Shown here piece after piece: positions 39,297 to 53,475 of a stretch of 64,000 bases of DNA. Source of the stretch: Octopus sinensis (lineage: Eukaryota); contig NC_042998.1 in assembly GCF_006345805.1 (NCBI RefSeq), positions 36,394,001 through 36,458,000 on the forward strand. The letters are read 5' to 3'. A model generated the notes under the pieces. It searched no databases and was not told the origin of the DNA. It saw only the letters and a list, made by a program, of their open reading frames with translations. Within the stretch, counting starts at the first letter, position 1, and the number at the start of each line of letters is the position of its first letter. Both the position numbers and the translations under genes were made by a program.

Positions 39297-39703
39297 TTTA
39301 TTGCCCACAAGGGGGTAAATATAGATGGGACAAACAAGGAGAGACAAACGGATTAAGTCGATTATATCGACCCCTGTGCGTAACTGGTACTTATTTAATC
39401 GACCCCGAAATGATGAAAGGCAGAGTCGACCTCGGCGGAATTTGAACTCAGAACGTAGCGGCAGACGAAATACCCATTTCTTTACTACCCACAAGGGGCT
39501 AAACACAGAGAGGACAAACAAGGACAGACACACGGATTAAGTCGATTATATCGACCCTAGTGCGTAAATGGTACTTAATTTATCAACCTCGAAATGATGA
39601 AAGGCAAAGTCAACCGCGGCGGAATTTGAACTCAGAACGTAACGGCAGATGAAATACGGCTACGCATTTCGCTCGGCGTGCTAACATTTCTGTTAGCTCG
39701 CCA
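39297..39703 (-). mobile_element. SINE family 1 dimer (head-core-A-core-A)
   Basis: The internal A has AGTAAA; the terminal A has AATAAA. Confidence 0.85.
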
Positions 39704-40586
39704 TATATCAAAACATACATACATACATACATACACGCAAAGACACACACACTTCTACATATATAAATATATAGATGTGTGTGTGTGTGTGTTTGGGTGG
39801 GTGGGTGCTTCTGAATGTGTGTGGTGTGTGTGTGTGTGTGTGTGTGTGTGTAACTGTTATGTATGAATCAATGATTTTGTGGTTATGAAATTGTCTTTTA
39901 GAAGCAGACTATTATTCTTAAGGTAGCACAAAATATAATGTAAGAGGAATCGAAGAGTTAAAGATTAGATATATAACCATATTTATGGTTTAATACTGCC
40001 AGAAGGAGGAAAAAAAGGAAGATAGGAGGTTGTGGAAATGGAAAGTAAACATCAAGGAGAAGGAGTAAAGTAAAACTGAAGAAGAAGGAGAGTAAGAAGA
40101 GAAGATGATGAAGTGGAACAACAACAACAATAACAAACAGCAGAAGGCGGTTGAATTAGAAATGCCGCATATCATGTAAACAGTGCATATAGCAATGAAC
40201 ATGCAGCGCTGTGTATGCATGTGAGTGTATTTGTGTTTAAATACTGGATTGCTGTAAGCATTGATGGATAGAAAAAAAAAAAAAGAAATAAGCGGAATGT
40301 ATTAAATAAATTATCTAATAAAAAATGAACACATTGCTGACAAAAGAAATCTTATCCATCAGATTAATATACTAAGCATGACGCCATGAAGATGTCTAGG
40401 TGACTACTGAGAACTTTGACTGGGAATAATATATTTACGCACGTACACACCACACACAAGCACATACGCACGTAATACAAATATACAACATATCTATCTA
40501 TGGCATATACACATTTCTGTGCTGATTATATATATAATATATATATATATATAGATATATATATATGTATATATATATATATTATA

Positions 40587-40628
<42 letters not shown>

Positions 40629-40645
40629 GATATATAATATATATA

Positions 40646-40710
<65 letters not shown>

Positions 40711-40825
40711 CATATAAACATATATATGGTGTGTGTGTGTGTAAAAATTGTTGCGTTTGTTCTATTCTCACTCATGCGCATTTTCCATTGTCTATTTCAA
40801 TCTTTCTATTATATATATTTATATG

Positions 40826-40857
<32 letters not shown>

Positions 40858-40903
40858 ATATATATATATATATATAATGTGTGTGTGTGTGTGTGTGTGT
40901 GAG

Positions 40904-40951
<48 letters not shown>

Positions 40952-41050
40952 GTATATATATATATATATACATATATGTATATATATATATATTGTATAT
41001 ATATATATATGTACATATGCATGACTACGTGTAGAAATGAGTACATAGCA

Positions 41051-41102
<52 letters not shown>

Positions 41103-41759
41103 CATACACACACACACACACACACACACATACGCACATACACGCAATTATCGTTCATTGTTTATACATTTCGAGAGTGATTACATTAATTTTGACTCAT
41201 TTTTTCCTCCTATGATGGCCTTATTTTTGTTGATTACCTTTCATTTGCTTTCCCCGTTTATCTTTTCTTCTCTTTTATGTTACAGCCATCATTTTACTTT
41301 ATCATTTTCTCTGCAAATTATTTCTTATATAATTTTTTTTTGGGTTTTTCTATTTTAGCACCGAATATTACTTCGTGTTGGTTTCTCTTTTTTGTTTTTT
41401 TTTCTTTTTCTTACGTATATCATTCAAAGTTCCACATATATAAGAAAAACAAATATAAGCAGATACGCACACGTATTTTATACCTCTCTGTATAAATCTA
41501 TCGATACGTATAATACACACCTTTGTACATACGTCAACATATGCTCTCTCCCTCTCTCTCTCTCTCTATATATATATGTGTGTGTGTGTCTGTGTGTTTG
41601 TGTGTTTGTATACCACATTAAATATAAGATATGCATTGTTTTGTAGATTTTTTTTCTCTTTAGGTTTAAGGAATAAATTTTTCCTAAACGACTGAATTTC
41701 GTCACCATCTAGAATGAAAGTGCTACCATCATCATCATCATCATCATCATCAACACCAC

Positions 41760-41806
<47 letters not shown>

Positions 41807-41816
41807 GCAGCAGCAC

Positions 41817-41848
<32 letters not shown>

Positions 41849-43765
41849 AAGCAGAAACAGCATCGTCAACGAAAATGAATGATAGACTTGTAAATGAGAA
41901 AATGACAAATCAGCAATGAGCATTACGGATATACAACTCGTTTTACCGTAGCTGTACAAATCAGACATGTAGGCAGGGCTATTGCGATTGGTGATATTCC
42001 AAATGTATAGAAATATCTGATTAAACGCTTATAGGTAAAAAAAAAAAAAAAAGGAAAGGCGGATATCCAGATAGAGATTGATGGGATGTAAAATGGGCTG
42101 GAATATGTGACAGAAAGCTCCACCTGTTATGAGTAGGTGGCGAACTATCAGAAGAAATACAAATCACAAGAAGTACAAATTGTGAATGGATTTTAAATAC
42201 GAAGGAACATTAAAGAAAGAATAAAAATAATATTATTAGAGAATTGGGTGGAGTCGAGGATTAGTAAATACCAGGAAATTGTAGATTCCAGAAAAGAAAG
42301 AAGAGGACAACGATTAATTTTATACAAATAGAAACAGACCAATAAACAAGAATGATGTATGCATATAATGAAGAATATGAAAAGATGAAAAAAAAGTGAG
42401 TAAAAAAGGAAAAAACTAATGGAATATATGACGAATGGAAGAGATGGAAAACAATGAAGATAAAATGACTGTTTGGTAGAAGTGTGAAATGTTGGAATGG
42501 AAGAGAGGAAAAGTAAAAGAAGAGAAAATGAAATGCCGGAAAGAAAGTGAAGGAGTCGAAGTTATAAGTTGTAAAGGAAAGGAAAGAAAGGAGAAGGTGG
42601 AAACGAAGAAGGTAAAAGTTCAGGTAAATAATTTGTGCGGATGAGAAGGTACTAGAAATGATACATACATACATACAAACATACATACATACATACATAT
42701 TACGTACTTTCATACATACATACATACATACATACATACATACATACATACATGCGTACAGACATACAAACAGACATACATATATACATACATACGTACA
42801 TACATACATACATACATACGTACGTACATACATACATATATATACAGACAGACAGACATACAGACAGACATGCATACGTACATACGTACAGATATGCATA
42901 CATACATGCATGCATACATTTGTACATGCATATATATATGGAGAGAGAAAGAGAGTTAGAGAGAGAGATTGAAGGATATGTAGACTGATAGATTATAATA
43001 AATGTAGGAAAAATGGGATTTGGAGGAGAGTGGCGTTGTATGAGGACGTACATCCTGCTGAAGAAAGCATGACCAGGAAGAACATACGAGATAAAGTAAA
43101 GAGAAAATATCAAGTGAAGTGACGAAAAGGAAGATGAGAAGCAAGATAACAGATGAGAGTGGAGAAAATTACAGGAAGAATGCAGATGGTGTGAAATATT
43201 ATCCATGAATAGAAACAGGAGCGATTCTGCAGAAAAATCAATGTAAGTAGGAGTCAGAGAAGCAAAGAAAGGAGATGTAATGGAAGAGCGAAATAGAGCA
43301 AGAAAAAATAGCATTAAGAAATTATATCTTTATTTATGAGTGGATAGTTTTCACGAAATGGTGTGAGGTCTTCTGATTACTTCTATGTCCTTAACAGATA
43401 GGACCTTAACATCACACACGTGACTGGTGATAATTTGTCACTGGCAATCAGCTTGACACTGCGTGCGGTATGAATGCCGGAGAGCCACGAGAAAAACTTT
43501 GTTAAGATTATAATGAAGCACGATTAGTGTCCTGTTGCTTTCGCTGAGAAAACGGTGATAAAGTACTTTTGTTTTAATATTTTTGTTGTCCGTTGTTCTC
43601 AGCGTCTTGTGTCAAGAACTCTTCATTTTAATAACGGTTTCAATTTGTTGTACTTTACATATGATGCATGTGGTTGCAGTGGGTTCTCAACACTCTTCAT
43701 TAAAGATACGTATTACCACCGATTTCACGTTCGTTTGGTCATCATCATCATCATCGTCATCATCG

Positions 43766-43817
<52 letters not shown>

Positions 43818-44455
43818 TACTTCTTTCTCTTTGGCACAGGTTTTGTGGGAGCTCCTGAATTCTTGCATGCGTAACGAGCTTACTACCTACCGTATCATGC
43901 TATTTGTTCTTTTCAGCTACCTAATACTTTCCTGATTATTCTGGCTGTGCCAAGGAGGCAAACCTTTTGTAACAGTTCTATTGGGTACTCTATTCCAATT
44001 TCCTTTATACTCCCCTGATACTGTTCCCAAAGACCCAACGATAATTAGCACCATCTTCACTTTCTTCAGTTACCTTAGCCCGGCTATTTCGTACTTAAGG
44101 GGGTTGTATTTATCTATCTTTTCGCCTTCCTTCTTGACTATTCGTGGGTCGAAGGAGCATGCAACATCAACTATATAGCATATGTGGTGCATCTTGTCAA
44201 CTACCACTAGGTCCAATCTGTTATGCTCTAGTACCAAATCTGTTTGGATTGCGAAATCCCAGAGGAATTTGCTCGTCTTCAACTCCGCTGTCTCTGCGGC
44301 TTGTGCTAATAGCACGACTTACCTCCCTCTATCCCCCATTTTGCACACAGCTTATAATATCGCACTTACGCTACCTGATCGTGTAGTAATTTTGGACAAG
44401 TCCAGGGCATTCGTTCGTATTATGGGCAACGATTTCATCCATTCTATTGCAGATT
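43818..44455 (-). mobile_element. R4/Dong-clade 3' fragment with RLE domain
   Basis: LWDFAIQTDLVLEHNRLDLVVVDK..CYIVDVACSFDPRIVKKEGEKIDKY...LLGTARIIRKVL; the 3' end abuts (TGA)n at 43740-43817. Confidence 0.8.
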
Positions 44456-44464
44456 ATTATTATT

Positions 44465-45020
44465 GAGTGAGAAAGCAGTGCATGCCATCAAAGTGACACT
44501 GCGGTAAACTATATGACACCCAGTATGCCCACCATGACTACTCGTCTGATAAGGGTACACTAGGCACATGCATTACAACCATATGTGCACTACATGGTGA
44601 TATCATATGAAGATAAACAACGCATGCCCTTGCAGGTGGGACTCCAGTTACAATTTTCATCAGGTCGAGTAGCCCATCCCGCTCAAAAGGTCCCTGAATA
44701 TGGGTTGTTTAAGAATGTTGGACAAAACACCCATATTTCCCAGGGTGAATTATCCAAACGCAAAAAATACCTCCCAATACATAGCTATGGTGTTCCCACA
44801 CTATTTCCGCTCGTGATCAGAGATGCACATATCGTCAGCCACTAAGGGACATGCTCAACTGGTTACGGTCAAACAACTGACAAGCAAATCTGTGGTATTG
44901 AGCAGAATATTTGAGGTAGCCCATCTTTTATACCAAGGCGAAACAATGTACATGATAACACTTCCAGTCAGTTAAGATCAGAAGCCACGAGAGCCACTGC
45001 CTGATACTGCATCAGGGCAT
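44465..45020. repeat. Non-coding segment bracketed by (TTA)n, probable interspersed repeat
   Basis: Sharp (TTA)n boundaries on both sides. Repeat status is recalled, not demonstrable within this window. Confidence 0.35.
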
Positions 45021-45038
45021 TTATTATTATCATTATTA

Positions 45039-45081
<43 letters not shown>

Positions 45082-46452
45082 AAAGGGCCCTATCGCATGT
45101 CCTATTCTTGGCGGTTTTCCTTTTTCTGTTACGCGCAATGAGAAAATCACTGACTAGTGTGGCAAGTGAGAAGGAGAGAAAAGCTATATTATGTAGAGAG
45201 GCGGATAAGGTAAATACATACATTGGAAATTAGAGTTGTATGAAAGAGATAAGCATATAATAAAGGACCAGAATATCAAGGGAGGCTGCCAAGCAAACTG
45301 TAAAATGCAGGAAGGGGTAGAAGGGAGAAAATAAGAGGAGGGGTGACTAATCAAATTTGAGAGAAAAAGGAGGAAAGAAGTAGAGGAAACTAATTATATA
45401 CTGGAGGAGTAGAAAGCGTGATGTCATAAGTAACATGGAAAGGGAAAGCAGGAGCTGTGATGAAACAGAAGGGAAAGTGAAAGTAAGTAAAATTTATGAA
45501 GTGCGTCGGGTGTATAGTCAAATGGATAGACAACTAGAATGGGAGGGTGAAAGTAAGATAGAAATAACCTGCCACTGGGACGCATGTAAGACAAGTAGTA
45601 CTGTGAGCAGACAATGAAATATAGATTCGAAAAGAAATTCGGTAATAAAGAAGCGGAAGTGGGTAGGTAACGTGATTAAATGACAAACGAACCGAGACCA
45701 AACGAGTAACAGAGAGAATAATTGTAATAGACAAAGTATAACATATGATATCAAACACATTGTGTGTGTGTTTGTGATGGGGGGAGGGGCTGACAAATAC
45801 TAGAAATGACAGTCATATATCATGATTGAGAAATAAATAGTGGGTACAACCTGTATTTCAAAGGGCCGGCCTTGTCACTCTCTGTGTCACGCTGAATATC
45901 CCCGAGAACTACGTTAAGGGTACACGTGTCTGTGGAGTGCTCAGCTACTTATACGTTAATTTCACGAGCAGGCTGTTCCATTGATCGGATCAACCGGAAC
46001 CCTCATCGTCGTAACCGACGGAGTGCTTCCATGCAGTGGGTACTAAATATATAGACAATGAAAGATAGGTAGATAGAAAGGGGACAGAAATAAACAAAGT
46101 ATGTGAATTAGTGAGGATAACGGCGAAGAGAAAAATGAGAGCGGAAGTATGTAGAGGTGAAATGATGGCTTTTCAAGTATACAAACTGAATTCTAAATCT
46201 ACGATACAGAGAAATTGCTCGACATCAAACTCCGGGGAGAATACATGCGTTGTCACAAGTCACTTTGAGAGATGCATTGTAAATGGAGAACTGCGAGAAA
46301 TAAAAGAATACTTCGAGCCGGGTTCAGTAAAAAGAAACTGGATGAAACTCAAGAGAAGGAAATGAACTCGGAAATTTCTTACTTGCCTTACTTGGCTAGG
46401 ACAAAGATATTATCTTTTCAATTCACGTGACGTATAAAGTTCGATAGACCAC

Positions 46453-46528
46453 TAACAGCATTAGACATACATTCATTCTAACAGCACTAGACATCCATTC
46501 ATTATAACAGTATTAGACACACACTCAC
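46453..46528 (+). repeat. About 26-bp minisatellite, 3 copies
   Basis: taacagca(t/c)tagaca(t/c)..attca units. Confidence 0.75.
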
Positions 46529-46989
46529 GTGAAGAGTTGTAGGGTGTCAGGCACATATTTATCGACAGAAGAATGTTACCCATTTACTGAAAAGCATTTC
46601 CAGGCGTTTCACCGACTGGTTTCTCGATGTTATAAATGTCTGTTCATCATTAGACATCACTTTCTCTCTCTTTCACACTCTCTCTCTCTCTCTCGGTCTC
46701 TCTCTCAGTCGCTCTCTCTCTCTCTCTCTCTCTCACACACATATCAAACCATACCTTTGCAAGAGGCTGTCGAAAGATTTGGACACAAGTGTAAATAAGT
46801 CCAATTCAGTCCAATACTTTTTTGTCTGGTGATTACAACTGTGTGTCCCACATATTGAAGTCGATCAGCAGAAACAGATGCACATCAACAGAGCCTCAAT
46901 TTCAAACATCTATTTCTGGGACACGTTTCACATTCACAGGGTATTGGGCTAAATTTGACATTCTGCATGTAAGGAAAAGGAAAGAATAT

Positions 46990-47530
46990 TCCATACGAAA
47001 ATAAAAGTAATCAAGAAAAAATCACTTGTAATCCATGGGAATAAAATAACAGGAGTCAGGAGTTCAGAAATTGGAGCTAGCAAAGTCGTAGAACTTCTCC
47101 GACAGCCACACTTTTTCCGAAAGTACAGCAAAGTTTTGAAATCTATTGCCACACGTATGGCTTTCCAGTAGCAACCAATCTCCAGTCAGGGATTGATCAC
47201 AATCTGCAGCACCTTCATATAACCGTCTGAATTCGACCTTAGGCTCTGTTCAAAGATGTGGGGGTGAATTCCGGCGTGCAGACTCAGTCGAAACTCCTGC
47301 TATGTATCTTCCAGTTGGCTGCCTTTTCGTAGATTCCGTTGCAGCTGTCCATGTCATGTATTAGAGCCTTTACAGAGTTCACAGAGAATTGAGCAGCACT
47401 CATGATGTCGTCACTTTGGTACCCGGCAATAACCATCCTGTGTACAGTTAACCCCCTTCTAATATGCGCGAACTTTAGTCTTTATGCTCTCAAACGCCAT
47501 TTGTATCAAGCTATTTCTGGAAAACGATAT
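46990..47530 (-). pseudogene. Tc1/mariner transposase remnant
   Basis: Minus strand PPHIFEQSLRSNSDGYMKVL..LVATGKPYVWQ*D..VWLSEKFYDF..F*TPDS..PMDY, matching the D..WPPxSPDLNPMDY region. Confidence 0.7.
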
Positions 47531-47624
47531 CTCCCCAATGTGGTTAGCCATGATAAGATGGCTTCTATACTTTACATTATCGAGCGATTACTGTTTCAAT
47601 CTCATTCTGAGATTTAATTATGCT
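47531..47624 (+). repeat. 94-bp perfect direct repeat, left copy
   Basis: Identical to 53434-53527 by eye. Confidence 0.92.
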
Positions 47625-47969
47625 TACTGTTCGTTTTTCGACATCAGTGGCAGACGCCATTAGAAAAACTTATATATATTTGCAAAGGAGCCTTCACTTT
47701 CATCGCGACCTGGTGTTTTTGAATTTTCCTCGGCGTATACCAATATTTTTCTGTTGCTGCAAATCGTTGTGTGAGTTCGTTTCCGTTTGTCTACTCTGTC
47801 GTGTTACAAGTAATATCATTGTTGAACTGTTTTTGACCCAGTAATTTTCGCCCTTCGGGGTAGAAAAGAAATTTCTGTGTGCTGTTTTGTGTGAACTCTT
47901 AACCTGTATAGGTTTTTTTGGAAAAAAAAATATTCTCTTGTCATTTGTGACAAGTTTGTGTTGTCTAAT

Positions 47970-49490
47970 ATGGAATTAGACTTAAGTTCAAAAAAAGACT
48001 TTCCCGAGATGGGAGAAAGTATAACAACTGTTAAACAAAAGGAAACACAGACAAAACCCAGTTTTTCAGACGCCGGGTGGGCGAAGTCGAAGAAATGGAG
48101 GTATCAATGGAAAGATTATTCAAGTTTAGATCGCTGGTGCAAAAAAGTGGTGAAGAACACACGATTGGTACCGCCCCCCGAAACTATACAAGCAATAAAG
48201 GAAAAAATGGTCACCTACAGGGTGTACAATATCAAGGAAAAACGAATGACCGACGTGAAAAACGAAATGGTCGAAAAGTGTATGGCTCCAATATGGAGTA
48301 AAGTTAGTCATGTCAACCGAGGTGCAAGAAGCGCTACAGTGGAGGCGCATTTTGAAACGGCGGAAGTAGCAAGGCAAATTTCGACACAAACGTTTGAAAA
48401 ACGAGAGTTATAATACTGCTACCCTTATATTTAGGATGCAGAACCGCAAAAGTGACCCTAGAAGATATACAACGGGCTACGACGTGATGTGGGCGGCAAC
48501 AGCGGTCATTTTTGATGTTGAATCAAATTGACAATTTTAAGTATGAAGAGAAAATTGCAAAACACTGGAGAGGCCAGCAGCTGGAGATGATAATCCAGGC
48601 GGAAAATGCGACGTTGGAAAGCCTACCAGACAGAGTCTTCGTGGGGGAGGGGCACTCCATACGAGTTTCGGTGGAAGGACGCAGGCCCAGATGTTTTTAA
48701 GTGCGGGCAAAAGGCCACGTTCGCTCCGTTTGCACAAAAAAAAATAATGCGGGCAACGCCCCCCCCACAAAACGCTGTGAAGAACGCAGAAAGCAGCAAA
48801 GTGGAGAAAAAAGTAACGGCTGGCGAAAACAAGGAGGAAAAAATAAACAGGCCGAACTCCAAAAAGGAGGAAGACAAGAACGAAATGCAAAATGAGAAAG
48901 GAAAGGATGAGGAAAATAATGCAACAAAAACAAATAAACAAGAAGACATGGAATTTACGAACGTGTCCAACAAAAGGAAAAAATCCATCACCCCTGACTC
49001 CCCACCCGTATCAAAAAAAAAAAACAACGCAGACGAACAAATTAAAATATTCTCCAATCCCACCCCGGCGGTACTACACTATAGGCCAGCACTTTAACAA
49101 ACCCCACCCCCCAACTGTAAAAGGTTTAAACCCAACGAAAAAATTATTATTGCATCACCACAAAGAACGTGAGAGTAGAAACATGGGTGAAAGCAAGTAC
49201 GCTGATCAGGTGCTACAAAGCGACCGAGAAGGAAGCGGAGTGGCGATATGCAAGGGTCGGCGAAGAAGGATGGAAAGACAAAACCTTACAAAGCCACGTA
49301 AAAGCCGGCTTCATTAAGGATGTCACCCAGGAGGTGACAACTGGGAAATTACCCGTTAGCCCGGCAGCCACACCAACCCAGAGCCCGGTGGCAACGCCGG
49401 TGAAAACACCCAGCAGCAACGGCGAGTGGGGGGGAGACAGGCAGAAAGAATCTGTCAGGCTCCCTCTCGCAACCGTGAGTAAATAATTTT
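47970..49490 (+). pseudogene. LINE ORF1 (gag-like, zinc knuckle), frameshifted
   Basis: EGRRPRCFKCGQKGHVRSVC (CX2CX4HX4C) across about 48675-48735; Lys/Glu-rich C-terminus. Confidence 0.8.
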
Positions 49491-49501
49491 CTTTTTTCTC
49501 G

Positions 49502-52500
49502 ATGATTAAGTTAGGTTGTATAAATGCGCGTGGAATGGGATCGAAATGGAAACAGGCTTGTTTTCGTGACGACCTCATTTCACATAGAATCGAAGTAGCT
49601 ATTGTTACCGAGTCCAAGATGAAGGGACCCCAAGCGTTCTCACCACTTCTCAATGGTTACGAGAAATTTATTTCTCCTAGCCGAGGGGGAGGTGCAGGCG
49701 TGGCAGTTCTTTTCAGGAAGAACTTGGACTTACAGGTAAGTACTGTCTTTTGGACCCAGAAGGTAGGCTGGTTGTCCTAGATGTGACGCACGTGAGTAAA
49801 GCAGTCCTTCAGGTTGGTGGCTGTCTACGCTCCTAACGGACGTGGGCAGACCGGTTTTATCGGGAACTGGAGCACTTTCTAGTGACGTCCAAAACGGTAG
49901 TCTTGGTAGGGGATTTCAACACCATTCTCGATGCGCGGGTTGATGTGTAGGCTCGAGCGATAGGAAGGGGAATCTGGCCTCAAGCTCTACTAGCGAGCTT
50001 TAATCTAGTAGACCGTTTTTTCGACTGGATGAGCCGAACGTTCCACAGTGGACGTGGAGTAATAACGACGGTCACTCAGATCGTACATAGATAGAGTATT
50101 TGTTAAGGAACGAGATAGGAATAGTGTTAGCTGTCCACAATTCTCTGTTGTGCCTTACACGGATCACAAACTTGTAACGTGTGAGGTACATGTAGATAAA
50201 TGCCATAGACAAGGTCCCGGGTACTGGAAGATGAACAAGTCTATTTTGACCTGTGAAGCTTTCCGTACCCGGATTAAGGAATTAGTACAGAGGGCATTAT
50301 GTGGCACCATCATTAATAATAGATGGTGGCTCGCCCTCAAAAGAGCCATCCGTTTGGAGTCCATTAGATTTAGCAAGCAGCTAAGTTTAGATAGGACTAG
50401 AATAGAGGGCGAATTAGTTAAGAACTTAGACGAGGCTATGGAATCTGGCTGTGCATCCGGATGTTGGCAGCGAGAGCGGTATTGTACGTCACCTCCCCTC
50501 AACGCCAAGCACGAGGGGTGTAGAGTCAGAGCTAAGTTACGTGCAGGAAACGAGAAGGTATTAACGTTGCCGGATGGGCCCGTCGTGAGGAGAGTCAGAA
50601 GGGCAAAAAGTCCTGTATTATGTCCTTAACTGACGAGCAGGACCGCAAGATCTATGGACAGGAGGAGATGCAGAAGGTCCTTCACCAGCATTTCGCACGG
50701 CTGTTTGGGGGCGGTGGCCGCTCGAGCGTGGGGAGACCTTAAAGGACTTCCTAGCTGGTGGGCCTCGGCTCTCGGCAGGTGAGGCGGAGTGCTGTGAAGG
50801 ATCGATCTCTCCCGCAGAGGTAAGAGGGCTATGGCCGAGTGCGCCGGGGAAAAGTCACCGGGATTGGATGGTCTACCCTATGAATTTTATTGTTGTATGC
50901 CGGACTTGTTCGGGGACATACTGGCAAGCGTCTATGCAAACTGGCAACAGAATGGGAGGATTCCCAGCTCTGTGAGTCGGGGAGTTGTGACGCTGGTCCA
51001 GAAAGACCCGAGCAAGGGGGACAGTATTAGTAATTACAGGCCCATAACTCTACTTAATGTAGAGTTTAGATTTTGGCCAAGGTGTTAGCAAAAAGGTTGA
51101 CGGCTGTCGTGAAGAAACTTGTCGGGAAGGCACAGACATGTGCAATCCCAGGCAGGTCGATCCAGGATAATCTTCACCTTCTCCGCTACACTATAGATAG
51201 GGTCGGGAAATTAGACGGCAAAGGAGGGGCATTGGTCCATTTAGACCAAAGTAAAGCGTTTGATAGGGTGACCATCGGTACTTGGCGGCGGTTCTCGAAG
51301 CGGCTGGGCTGGGCCCTGGCTTCTGCGGGTGGTTCTCAGCTATGTACAGCGGCATCAAGTCCACAGTCCAGATAAACGGTTACCTAACGGAGCCGTTTTC
51401 GATCAAGCGTTCAGTTCGACAAGGGGTGCCCCTGTCCCCGCTCCTGTATGTTTTGGCTCTTGAGCCATGCTGCGGAAGCTGGAGAAGTTGGGAGGCAACC
51501 CTAATGAAATCGGATGCGGTAAGTCTGTTTCTGCCTATGCGGATGACGTCACCCTCACATCGTGTCCAACGGAACACAGCTACCTCGGGTAGTAGGTGCT
51601 CTCCATAGATACGAAGCGGGTGGCAGGGGCAAAAGTTACAGGGACAAGTCCATCGGTTTGCGCCTCGGCGCACCTGGAGGAAACAAGCAGATACCGTCCA
51701 GTGTTGTTGGACACTGGACGGATGGTCCTGTTTAAATTGCTCGGAGTATGGTTTGGTCCAGACTCCCAGACGGAGAAGAATTGGAGCGAGGTAAGTAACG
51801 AGCAAGGTGGATGCCATAGTACGGAAGTGGTCCGGAAGGCATCTTTCCTTGAAAGGGAGGGGGGGGGGGTGCACAGATGTTGTTTAAGCCTCTGTCGTCA
51901 CCTACCGCCTGACCGTCGTGCCTTGCCCCGATTCGTGTTAAAACAAGTTGGAAAACGACTTCTTTTCCGCTTTTTGTGGAAAGGGAGGAAAGCCACTTGT
52001 GAGACGCTCCGTGTGTGCCAGGAACCGCAAAAGGGTGGACTGGGGATGCCTTGGCTAATGATGCGCAAGCATGCGTTGAGGCTGAGACACCTCTGGTGTT
52101 ACCTGGAGGATGATAAGGTGTGGATTCGCTGGCAGAGGAATTCTTCCCGCGACCGGCCTCTATGGAGGATTTACACCCGGTCTCATTAAAGGACGTAAAC
52201 TGACTTCATGGCAGAAGGAGTGCCGACAGGCACTCTGGCTGATCCACAAGATGGGTAAGGCCGGCAGCGGGAATACCACCTCGGTGTTCTATAAAGGGCT
52301 GGTAGGAGGAAAAAATGACGACGTCCTAGGAAGGGCTCTGGGGTTCGATGAGGATCAACTCTCCAACCTGTTTAAGAAGACTTTCAGGCCGGGTATTTGG
52401 ATAATTACCAAAAATCCCTGACCTGGCAGTGCTATAGGAATGCATTACCTGTTCGCGAGAAGTTATCCAGGCACGGAATGTCAGTGCCACCGACGTGTCC

Positions 52501-52896
52501 AAGATGTGGGTTGGACGATGAAACCGTTCAACACGCTTTTGTACAATGTCGGGAGCTGTCAGGCTTGATAAGTTACGTGGAACCGTGTTGTCGCATCTGG
52601 GGACGAGTACAGCTGTCGGCTGGATCTATGATTAAGATGATACCGCCAACTGGACTCTCAAAGGAAGGTAAGGCTTGTTTTTACTGTACGGTGGCAGTAT
52701 TGAAAGAGTGTGTATGGAGAACTAGAGTGGAAGGTCTAGTGAAAGGGTCCTTTATCTCTGGCCCCGTTTGTTAAAATACTTCGGATATCATCTGAAGAGC
52801 AAGATGGGGTTGGAGAAGAGGAGCCTGCCACAGAAAGAGTATATGGAACGTTGGAAGGATGTGATGAGAAAGGTGGGTGAGAGTAGCCCAGCTTAA
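49502..52896 (+). pseudogene. LINE ORF2 (AP endonuclease, reverse transcriptase, CCHC), frameshifted
   Basis: CINARG, LVAVYAP, GDFN, TDHKLV; KSPGLDGLPYEFY, NYRPITLLN, DQSKAFDRV, VRQGxPLSPLLY, AYADDVT; CPRCG..DETVQHAFVQC. Confidence 0.9.
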
Positions 52897-53243
52897 TCAT
52901 CGAGGAAAGGAGGGATCGGCTGCTGGGATTTATAGGCTGCCGGGTTCAAAATTGAAACTGGTACCTCCCATTACCTTTCACTGTACATAACTGTTTAAAA
53001 TAAGAATTAATAATAAAAAAACAGAAATGAAAAGAAACATACGCACTAAAAGTTTCTCGTGATAAAGGCAAAAGTAAGCCAAGTTTCGTTTCAAGGCAAA
53101 GTAAGCCAAGTTTCGTTCAAGTGACATAAAATTTTAATTTTGTAATTTTTTAATTTCATTCGAACTCGCATAGCATTTTGTGTAACTGTTTGTCCTGTAA
53201 TGTATCCATTCTATGTTAGATCTATTGATCATAATAAAGAAAA

Positions 53244-53475
53244 TTTCATCGCTACCTGGTGGTTACCGCCCGTTGACGAGGGACAACAATCCCGAAATTA
53301 GTTCGAGCGTATCACTCAGGCTTGCGAGGAAGGGATGGCCGCCCTTTGCAAATACTCCAAGGACACAGATATTGTGTCTAAAGCCAGCTAGAGACGAAGA
53401 TCTCTTGGGGCTATAAAGCTACAGTAACACCCCCTCCCCAATGTGGTTAGCCATGATAAGATGGCTTCTATACTT
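53244..53475 (+). mobile_element. Family X repeat with a degenerate hammerhead (53267-53309)
   Basis: cgcccg-TTGACGA-ggga(caacaa)tccc-GAAA-t-ta-GTT-cgagcg; the downstream core is homologous to 27520-27620. Confidence 0.55.

Larger units (their letters stand above)
47625..53243 (+). mobile_element. Near full-length Tx1/L1-clade non-LTR retrotransposon
   Basis: 5'UTR, ORF1 with a CCHC knuckle, ORF2 with APE-RT-zinc finger, and a 3'UTR ending aataaagaaaa. Many frameshifts. The 5' boundary is assumed from the flanking repeat. Confidence 0.9.
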
